Source: a virus
Length of the DNA stretch: 44,202 nt
Strand: one strand, 5' to 3'
IMG/VR virus record: IMGVR_UViG_3300026851_000039
Coordinates: 1 to 44,202 of that record
Positions within the stretch are counted from its first letter, which is position 1. The number at the start of each line of letters is the position of its first letter. Below, one piece after another: positions 37,125-44,202 of this stretch. The notes under the pieces are model-generated. The model was given only the letters and a program-made list of their open reading frames with translations, was not told where the DNA came from and searched no databases. The translations under genes and the position numbers were made by a program.

Positions 37125-37417
37125 GCTGAAAGTCCTTATTTTTCTGAGGGGGTATTGCGAGGACGGTAATGACTATCCAACGAAAATATGACATGGATAA
37201 CAAGGCTATCCAGCTAGCAGCATAGACAGCAAACGGAGATTCACAACGGCGTGTGGAGGTAGCTTCAGGACAAAATGCGGAATGGGGGAGAAAGGCGCCG
37301 TATCTCACGAAACTGCGTGTCATGGGCGCCTTCCTCAATGACCAGTATCACGAACATGTGCCGCACGACAAAAGGTTCCGTACATGTGACATACATCGCT
37401 ATGGTTGGTCGTGAGGC

Positions 37418-37542
37418 TTAGGGCAAATTTAGGGCAAACGCGGGGCCGAAATAGGCCGCGACAGCCCGTCGGCGCTTCCTTTTGACCCAGCGAATACAGG
37501 TCTATTGCGACCTGTCGAGTCATTCGGTCGGGTTCGAATCCC
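37418..37542 (+). mobile_element. att-like remnant A2 (arm repeat plus tRNA T-arm-like core)
   Basis: TTAGGGCAAATTTAGGG at 37418; GGGTTCGAATCCC 112 nt downstream (37530). Confidence 0.6.
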
Positions 37543-37690
37543 TATCCATACCTCCATCTATCACCGGAAATACCGAGCGACCACATTCGACCCATACCGC
37601 TCAGTCGTGGCAGGCAGAAACCGGCCAGGATCTGGCCCCTCACTCCAATGCCGTGGTTTGCCCCCGATTTTTACAGTCGAACACCTTGAT

Positions 37691-38681
37691 TCAAGGGGAG
37701 GACGGGTATCGGTGTTTCTCCAGTATCCAGTTGGTAAAGGCTATGCGGCATATTCGCTCAATTCCAGAGTTCATATGGTAAGCCTCCCAGTCACTATCAG
37801 CCCAGCCTGCCGGTATATGCTCGCCTAGAAAAAGAGCGCCGGCATGAAGTATTTTTGAGCGCTGGCCATACGCTTTTTTATAGAACCTTATTAGCTCATC
37901 TGAGTTGGAGCTATATTTTGTAAGAAAGTCTGTGAATTTTCTTGTAATGGCGTAGCAGTGGCGCACTGCATTCTTTGCACTTTTCAATTTTGACTCCTTT
38001 GTGGATGTGGTCAACAAGTGATTCTATTGAGGAGACAAAGCAAGCAAAAGACATGGAGGGTGATATTGGTTTTATTCTTATTGCATTGTTGAATAAGGTT
38101 GCCGATCTTAAAAGTGCGCTTTTGTTGTCTTGGTCAAGGCTGTAGTAAGCATCCAGAATATCGCTAAGTAAGTTCGGGACGGAAAAGTCAGAGCCGACAT
38201 ATCTTCCGCCAAGGTGATAAGAACTTTCTGTGTTGATTTCTTCAATTTGCGAGGCTGGAGAGTTTGTGAATTCGCTGATTTTGTGCTCATGTTCGCGAAC
38301 AAAGTATGAGAGTTGACGCCACTCTGGCTCAATTGCAAGGTTGTCGTCTGTGCGGATAGTCCAGCTATGGTTGTCTTGCGTATAGACAAATTTTGAAAAA
38401 GAAAATACGTCAAATAAGCTCATTATTTCGCGAATTATTTTTTTCTCATGGTCTATTCTTTGTATCCAGTCGGGAACCTCTGTCTGGTCAAGCATTTTCT
38501 TACTTGAGTCAGGAACGAAGTTGTATTTTACTTCTAGGAGACAAGGGTGGTGCGCTTCAAGGTAGGGCGCGCGAGGGAAGTGGTCAGGCGCCGGTAATAT
38601 CTGAAAAATATCCCTGTATATGTATTTTCCAGTGACGTTGGCATTTGTGAGCATGATAAAGCTTCTAAATGTTTTCGTCAT
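37691..38681 (-). pseudogene. HEPN-domain (ApeA-like) RNase gene, frameshifted near 37958
   Basis: ...SSIESL...CKEC joins, after a 1-nt shift, CYAITRKFTDFL...YGQRSKILHAG (RxxxxH). Confidence 0.65.
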
Positions 38682-38810
38682 ATTTTTGCCTGTTTCCATA
38701 GATGTGGGCAAAAGGGGTATTGTTTGGGACTGGGCCAATCTAACATCCGTATAACAATCAGGTACAGACCACGGTATTGATGCTGGGCGATAGCTTTTGG
38801 CCGATAACTG

Positions 38811-39020
38811 TCACTCAGGCGTCATCAAGACTGCGAGCGTAAGCTTGATGAACTCCTCGTTCTTATCGATCGTGTCCAACGCGCCGCGCACATTGTCGGC
38901 GACGTCGGCCGATCCGCGCTGCTCAACCCAGTTCGAGAGTTCCAGGATGGCAGCCTCAAGGGCGAGTTGGTTTTCATTAGTTTTGTACAGCAGGGAAGGG
39001 AGCAGGTCTGTATTTGGCAT
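38811..39020 (-). CDS. Small hypothetical protein typical of Pseudomonas element ends
   Basis: GGGGAA RBS; ENQLALEAAILELSNWVEQRGS. Confidence 0.6.
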   Translation of the reverse strand: MPNTDLLPSLLYKTNENQLALEAAILELSNWVEQRGSADVADNVRGALDTIDKNEEFIKLTLAVLMTPE

Positions 39021-39218
39021 CGCGATTCCCCCGTGAAAAGGAAAGCGTAGCAGCTTGAAAACTTCATGGATCGGTTGGATTTATGGAGGTTTGGGCGCCA
39101 ATGCACCAAGGTATTTGACAGTAGCGACTGTGCTCGGGATTGGAGCCGAAAACGGTTGCTTAAAATTTGCTACAGGGGGTAAGAGAGGAGGCAGAATTTA
39201 ATGATGGGCGGACATTGC

Positions 39219-39304
39219 TGGTACGAAATTGGTACGGAGGTTTTTTGGCCGTCATTTGGGCCTTTATTTTCTGGCGCAAGGTGGAAAGTAAGTCCAATCC
39301 ATCA
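39219..39304 (+). mobile_element. att-like remnant B1 (arm repeat plus dusA-type core)
   Basis: TGGTAC-N5-TGGTACG at 39219; TCCAATCCATCA 74 nt downstream (39293). Confidence 0.6.
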
Positions 39305-39657
39305 ATGGATCGGAGGTATTGGTGGCAGGGGGGGTAATCCTTAAGCCCATGCAGGCGCTTTACCTCTGTTGCGAGCTCAGCCAGCCGCTTATTCATGGCC
39401 ATGAGTTCCCAGTCGTACTTGAGCTGGGTTTCGACAACCTAGCGGCTTGCAGTGATCAGCTCATCCTTCGCTTTCTGAAGATCAACCTTGAGGCAATCAC
39501 GCTCAGCCGAGGCATGGGCGTGCATATCCACCAGCTTGAATATGTTTTCGCGCGCCGGGCGCAACTGGATCGTAAGTTCCTGGATTTCGTTCTCAAGCAG
39601 CGCTCTGTGCTGTGTTGCTATTTCGAGATACGTGTATGGCGTTAGGGTGTGACTCAT
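39305..39657 (-). pseudogene. Coiled-coil hypothetical gene interrupted by an in-frame TAG (39441-39439)
   Basis: ORFs 39439-39657 and 39160-39402 share a frame: ...ELITASR*VVETQLKYDWELMAMNKR...; frame runs into att remnant B1. Confidence 0.45.
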
Positions 39658-39856
39658 GTGCGTTTGCTGGAACTGGAGGCATTCAGCGTTCTGACCTGGG
39701 AGGAAAGCAATGCATTCGCCAAGGACGTGCAGCTGTTGCCGGATGCGCAGATACCAGCGGCAAATGACTCTGGCATTAACCCTGACGACTCCCCCAAATA
39801 AAACGGAAAAATGGGGGCTGACATGTCGCCCTCCTGGCAGTGCTCTAAACTACCGC

Positions 39857-40156
39857 TCAGATGTCGCGGCTATAGCTGAACTGGCAACCCGAAGCATCGG
39901 TGAAGATGAGTGTTTGGGCGTCGAGCGAGTAGCTATAAGAGATGACTGCGTCGTTGGCGGTCGATAGCGCGAGTTGTCCGGGGGCGCTCACTTCCCAGGT
40001 CCCACCATCCCAACAGGTAAAGGCGCCAGGGGGCTCGCTGCTGCCGGAATAGAGGCCGTTGGCTTCGAAGCGCAGGTGTATGGCATAGGTAGCCGCGCAA
40101 CCCGCGGCACTGCTCTTGAGCCATGCCCCGACCAGTCTCATGTCCAGTTCTGCCAT
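39857..40156 (-). CDS. Small beta-rich (lipocalin-like) protein downstream of the metalloprotease
   Basis: GGAGG RBS; LVGAW and GTWEV strands; two spaced Cys. Confidence 0.65.
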   Translation of the reverse strand: MAELDMRLVGAWLKSSAAGCAATYAIHLRFEANGLYSGSSEPPGAFTCWDGGTWEVSAPGQLALSTANDAVISYSYSLDAQTLIFTDASGCQFSYSRDI

Positions 40157-40270
40157 CGTGAGAACCTCCAGTGGTAGTACGGCTCAGAAACTGCCGCCTC
40201 TGGGTAGCGGTAAAAGTGACGCGATGGCGGTAGCCATCGCATCACATCGTTTCTAACAGGCGCTTTGTGA

Positions 40271-42388
40271 CTATTTCGAGCCGGCGGGCAGAGGTGATTG
40301 CTTCGCTTTGCCCTTGAGCACCTTGGCCAGGTCTTTGGTCGGCGCGACGCCGTCATTGCCGACAAGCGTGCTCAGCTTGCTCTGCTCGGTGCTGCTCATT
40401 ACCGTGCCATAGTCAAGCAGTGCCGTGGCGGCCTTGATATCGGGCTTGCGCTTCAGGAAGCGGCGTGCGAGTCGCTTGGCTTCGATGGCTGCGTAGTGCG
40501 GCTTAAGTACCGGCGAGTCGAGGGCGGCCTGGATTGCTTCGATGCCCTCGCTGAGGTGGTCGCCACCGATGGCCAGCACCAGATGCGCGTCGGGCGTGGA
40601 GAGTACCTTGTGCGCAGCCTCGGCATGCCGGGCTTCGACCGCTGCGGTCACCATCACGGTGGTTCTGCCAGCGATATGGGCGACCATACCGTCTAGGTCC
40701 CAATGCACTTCGACCCGAATTTCATGCACGCCCGGTACGCCGAACAATGCCCCTTCGGCGCCACGCAGCAGAGTCATGGAGTCCTCGATCCTGGCGCCCG
40801 GTTCCAGCACCCTGAAGGGGGAATCGTCGATGCAGTGGATGACCGTGCGGAAGGTGCGCACGTTGCCCGATGGGTCGGCCACGCTGCCACTGACGAAGTC
40901 ACTTTTCAGGCTCAGGGTCGCAGGCACGTGCAACGGCTGGTCACCCTGATTCACCAAGGCTACAGCCACCCGTACTGGCGCACCCAGCGGCAATTCGCCT
41001 AATAGCGGCGTAACCTCTATAGCCAGGCCCAGAACCTCGGCCTCCAGGTCCGCGGGGGTGATGCTCGGCATGGCGGTGGAAGCGCTGCCGAAGGCCACCG
41101 ATCCCGGGCGAACGAACGGGTCGGGGTAGTGGCGCAGTTGCTTGAGGTTGTCTGGGTGGAACGCCCACTGGATGTTGCTGGGGAAGGGCGAGCCTGGTGT
41201 CGCACCGGCGGCGATAGAATCGCTGGTGCACATGAAACCGAAGTCCGCGAAATTGTGATACAGCCCCATGGCATGGCCGAGCTCATGCACTGCCGTGCGG
41301 AAGTAAGGTGCCGCTGCCGTGCCGAAGCGCTGCCCGCTGACCGTGCCCCAGCCGGGGTCGATGATCCAGTGTGAAGAGATGCCGATGCCCTCGCGGGGGA
41401 TGTTGTTGGAATCGGTACCGCTGTAGTCATACATGATCCCGCGCGGCGTCGAATCGATATTCTTCACCGCAAGGACGTGATAGCGCCATTCGCTGTCGAG
41501 GTTGACCACCGCTCGCCGTGCGAGCATCGCTGCGTGCATCTCTGCATCGGACCACGAATTGCCGCTGGCCTCGGTCACATTAGTGTCGCTAAGCTGCACG
41601 TTGGTCTGCCAGCCCACCTCGTCCATCACTGTCGCCCAAGTGTGGCCGATGCCGCTGTTGGTTGGCTGCTCGGAACCGTTCACTGTGTCGATCTCGACCA
41701 CGCATCTGCGGAGGTAGGTGGACAGCCAGCCCATAGTCAAACGCCCGACAATGGCATTGGCGGCGTTCCTCACATCACCCTCGGCGTAATCCGACGGCGA
41801 CGGATACCCCGCCGGCGCATTCATGCGCACCATCTGCGCGGTGAGGGTAGATTCCAGCGCCCAACTGTTCGGCGAAGTGAAACGGTATAGCTGGAAGCCC
41901 AGACTGAAGCTGTTACCTAGGTAGAGGTACTCCGGCAGCGAGGTTACCCGCACGTAGTAGCGGTAGCGCGAGCGCGTGAGGATCGGAATACCCGAGGCCG
42001 GGTTTGGGCCGCCCAGTAGTATCGCCTTCAAGGGCAGCTCCCGCGTGATGCCGGGCTCGGCCGCGAGGATGGGCAGTGGCGAGGGTATTGGGATGGGCAG
42101 AATGATCGTCCGCCGCTGGTAGAGATCGCCACTGGCGGTACGACCGCCACTATGGGACTCGACCCGCATCGTGCCGTCGTAGGACACCATCGGCGCCCCG
42201 CTGGGCTTGTAATTCAGCAGCCAGCACCCGGCACGGACGCTACGCAGTGGCGGGACGGTGATTTGCCCAAGTCTTCCCGCCAAGGACTCGATGGGGATGG
42301 CAGGGTTAAGGGTTGAACCGTCTTCCTGGCCAGTTGGAAGTAGGTCGGGCATTGGGGGGGGAATTGAGACTTGCGGCAGGTTAGACAT
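40271..42388 (-). CDS. Metzincin zinc metalloprotease, about 705 aa, no obvious signal peptide
   Basis: HELGHAMGLYH (HExxHxxGxxH) followed by GFM Met-turn; GGAG RBS before ATG 42388. Confidence 0.85.
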   Translation of the reverse strand: MSNLPQVSIPPPMPDLLPTGQEDGSTLNPAIPIESLAGRLGQITVPPLRSVRAGCWLLNYKPSGAPMVSYDGTMRVESHSGGRTASGDLYQRRTIILPIPIPSPLPILAAEPGITRELPLKAILLGGPNPASGIPILTRSRYRYYVRVTSLPEYLYLGNSFSLGFQLYRFTSPNSWALESTLTAQMVRMNAPAGYPSPSDYAEGDVRNAANAIVGRLTMGWLSTYLRRCVVEIDTVNGSEQPTNSGIGHTWATVMDEVGWQTNVQLSDTNVTEASGNSWSDAEMHAAMLARRAVVNLDSEWRYHVLAVKNIDSTPRGIMYDYSGTDSNNIPREGIGISSHWIIDPGWGTVSGQRFGTAAAPYFRTAVHELGHAMGLYHNFADFGFMCTSDSIAAGATPGSPFPSNIQWAFHPDNLKQLRHYPDPFVRPGSVAFGSASTAMPSITPADLEAEVLGLAIEVTPLLGELPLGAPVRVAVALVNQGDQPLHVPATLSLKSDFVSGSVADPSGNVRTFRTVIHCIDDSPFRVLEPGARIEDSMTLLRGAEGALFGVPGVHEIRVEVHWDLDGMVAHIAGRTTVMVTAAVEARHAEAAHKVLSTPDAHLVLAIGGDHLSEGIEAIQAALDSPVLKPHYAAIEAKRLARRFLKRKPDIKAATALLDYGTVMSSTEQSKLSTLVGNDGVAPTKDLAKVLKGKAKQSPLPAGSK

Positions 42389-42602
42389 GTTAAGCGCTCC
42401 TATAGAACAAGGCACGCAACCTGCCCGTACAACTAACCACCTGCGAGCCACTGCACTATTCGGTGCGATACCTTTGGATTGTGATCTTTCTAGGGTCGAC
42501 GTCATGCGTACAGCATGGTCTACAAAATTATGGAGCGCATCTGGTGTATGTACAGTGCCGTCTGTCAACAAGCAATTATGGGGCACGTAGGCAAGATCTT
42601 GG

Positions 42603-42691
42603 TGGTACAGAAGTGGTACGAGGGAAATGAAGAGTTGCTGTAGGCCTTTGTAATAAAGGCCTTTATGCATAGTGGCTCCAATCCATCATCG
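42603..42691 (+). mobile_element. att-like remnant B2 (arm repeat plus dusA-type core)
   Basis: TGGTAC-N5-TGGTACG at 42603; TCCAATCCATCATCGG at 42677, which reads P-M-M-D-W on the minus strand. Confidence 0.6.
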
Positions 42692-42792
42692 GCTCGATTG
42701 AGCTGGCCGGCTCCTGGGCCGGGGTTGAGCTAGAAACCTGCAGAGCGGCGACTCTCATTGGGGGCTGAACCGCTAGAAGAGCTTACAAACCA

Positions 42793-42900
42793 GTTCCGCA
42801 ATCAAAATTAGGGCCCTTGTAGGGCATGGGCTCCAGCCTTTTTAGAAAACGGTACTTGCGGAACGGATTACTGATTAAGTGATTGAAAATATTGATATTT
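42793..42900. promoter_or_regulatory. Putative integrase arm sites and IHF-like site of attR
   Basis: Inverted GTTCCGCAA (42793) / TTGCGGAAC (42856); AT-rich TATCAATATTTTC on the minus strand next to the core. Confidence 0.45.
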
Positions 42901-42905
42901 TATCT

Positions 42906-42952
42906 GGATTGCAAATCCGCCTACGCCGGTTCGATTCCGACCTCGGCCTCCA
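42906..42952 (+). tRNA. 3' half of tRNA-Cys(GCA), the attR core duplication (not an intact tRNA)
   Basis: GGATTGCAAATCC anticodon arm, GGTTCGATTCC T-arm, ends CTCCA; 5' half absent. Confidence 0.9.
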
Positions 42953-42956
42953 AACT

Positions 42957-42995
42957 GAAAAGCCCGTAGATCAATGATCTACGGGCTTTTTTATT
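42957..42995 (+). terminator. Intrinsic terminator of the host tRNA locus
   Basis: AAAAGCCCGTAGATCA-a-TGATCTACGGGCTTTTTT. Confidence 0.85.
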
Positions 42996-43269
42996 GGCTG
43001 GAGGAAAGTAGGCGTTCCATCGTTGGGGCCAGGCGGTAGACGCGACGGAGCCGCTGGATCGGGTGGCTCTGGTCGGCGAATCCGCCTTCATGGGAGCCTT
43101 CGTTCATGCGCAGGACTTTGGCTGCGAGATAGGGTGGAGTGGGCGCCATTTTGTTCCGGCCGGCTCTTTCGGGGGGGGCATCGTCCGCTGTGTGGAGGCG
43201 ATGGGCTCGACTGGCGAAGCCTCCTGCCGTTGGTTCGAAGGAGGCAAGCAGGATAACGAGCGGGAAGGG

Positions 43270-44202
43270 TTACCGATAATCCAGAAACACGGTCATTGCT
43301 CCGTTTACCGTTCCGGGTGTAGCCGTCGCATCAGTCCTGATGTAGGACGCCTGCATCGGAATGGCAAACGAGCCACCTGCCGTTTTGTTGTATCCATCGA
43401 CCGTTATCGAGTTCCCCATGGTTGCCGGAGCGCCCTGGGCGTTTTCAACCCGGATCTTTATGCCGCTGGCGGTCGAACCGCCAGTAAGCGGCAATACCCC
43501 AGGCGAGTTCGCAATCACGCCGCCAACCGGATCAAGGGTATAGCCAATCCGGTTATAGCCCTTGGGGCAGTTGTTGATCTGTATCTGGAAACTCTGGGTG
43601 CCGGCTGTCGAGCCGATGCGGTCCAGGCGGTTCAGCAAGGTCTTGGGTAGCTTTACCGTTTGGTTCGGCACCGAGCAGGTGCCGTCGATCGGGGTGATAG
43701 TGCCTCTCAGATAGATAGCAAGTCTGGTGCCAGCTTCTTGAGTGTTGAGGGAATAGTAGTACGGTGAAGCATGGGCGCCTGCCAGGGAGCCGCCTAGATT
43801 TTGGCGACCATCGCTGAGCAACTGTACTTCGATTGGCTGGGTGAACGCGACCTCTGGATATGAACTTCCGTAGGCTGTTCCATTGATCAACAAACGAGTC
43901 GATATGCCTGAGACGTTTGTGGTCATTATTGGTGAGGTTGAGCCTGTTGCGCCGCCACTTGGGTAGGCGTTAACTTTTGTGACTGTGCACTTCGATTGGC
44001 CGCATGTCTGCTGCGGAGTGATGTAATGTCGAGCCAGTATGGTGCCGCTGGCCGTGTTTTTCGGGATCGAGAGATCCAGCCCGAATGCTGTTACATCTGC
44101 TGCCTTCGCGGCCGGTGACACGGCGAGGGCTGTGAATGCTATTACGCACAGTTGCGGCACGATAAATATTGCGCTGAAAATTCTTTCTGCTGTGGTCTTC
44201 AT
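43270..44202 (-). CDS. Chaperone-usher fimbrial adhesin (host gene, outside the prophage)
   Basis: Signal peptide ending AKA; pilin domain GTCSVP...NCP...ASGIKI...PGTVNGAMTVFLDY. Confidence 0.88.
   Translation of the reverse strand: MKTTAERIFSAIFIVPQLCVIAFTALAVSPAAKAADVTAFGLDLSIPKNTASGTILARHYITPQQTCGQSKCTVTKVNAYPSGGATGSTSPIMTTNVSGISTRLLINGTAYGSSYPEVAFTQPIEVQLLSDGRQNLGGSLAGAHASPYYYSLNTQEAGTRLAIYLRGTITPIDGTCSVPNQTVKLPKTLLNRLDRIGSTAGTQSFQIQINNCPKGYNRIGYTLDPVGGVIANSPGVLPLTGGSTASGIKIRVENAQGAPATMGNSITVDGYNKTAGGSFAIPMQASYIRTDATATPGTVNGAMTVFLDYR

Larger units (their letters stand above)
1..42952. mobile_element. Temperate prophage (lambda-like head, P2/R-pyocin-like contractile tail) integrated at tRNA-Cys; left att lies outside the window
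   Basis: Complete integration, immunity, replication, packaging, head, tail and lysis modules in order; ends at a duplicated tRNA-Cys 3' half. Confidence 0.95.

Noticed and set aside
37530..37546. tRNA gene at GGGTTCGAATCCC
   Set aside because: Only a T-arm-like fragment with no cloverleaf; treated as an att core
42389..42670. N-terminal extension of the 799-aa ORF
   Set aside because: Runs across att remnant B2; a better RBS and ATG lie at 42388
42906..42952. Intact tRNA-Cys gene
   Set aside because: The 5' acceptor strand and D-arm are missing; it is the att duplication
43023..43650. Plus-strand ORFs after attR
   Set aside because: Overlap the fimbrial adhesin antisense and have no recognisable features

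Overview
The window is almost entirely one temperate Pseudomonas-type prophage. It runs from the integrase at position 1 (attL lies just outside the window) to an attR made of the 3' half of tRNA-Cys at 42906-42952; a host fimbrial adhesin gene follows. Gene order: integrase/excisionase; a leftward early operon (C5 DNA methyltransferase, PrtN-like, antirepressor); a low-GC NACHT NTPase moron; a cI/cro switch with CAAC-N5-GTTG operators; CII, TraR, a Toprim-VapE primase-helicase, a Q-like regulator and an iteron-rich putative origin; holin; a lambda-like terminase/head module; a P2/R-pyocin-like contractile tail; GH19 endolysin with Rz/Rz1; an adenine methyltransferase preceded by a LexA box; and about 7.8 kb of right-end cargo. 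The most notable observations are: (1) the cargo is a stack of cassette-like units, each closed by an att-like signature with exactly conserved spacing (two tRNA T-arm-type, two dusA-type, then the true tRNA-Cys attR); (2) an antisense membrane-protein gene is nested in register inside an ORF that stays open and is coupled at both ends; (3) the C5 methyltransferase is split across two overlapping frames; (4) the tail chaperone ends at a prfB-like CTT-TGA-C +1 frameshift site; (5) a duplicated structured RNA-like element sits next to a LexA box. All family assignments come from motif recognition only; no database searches were run.
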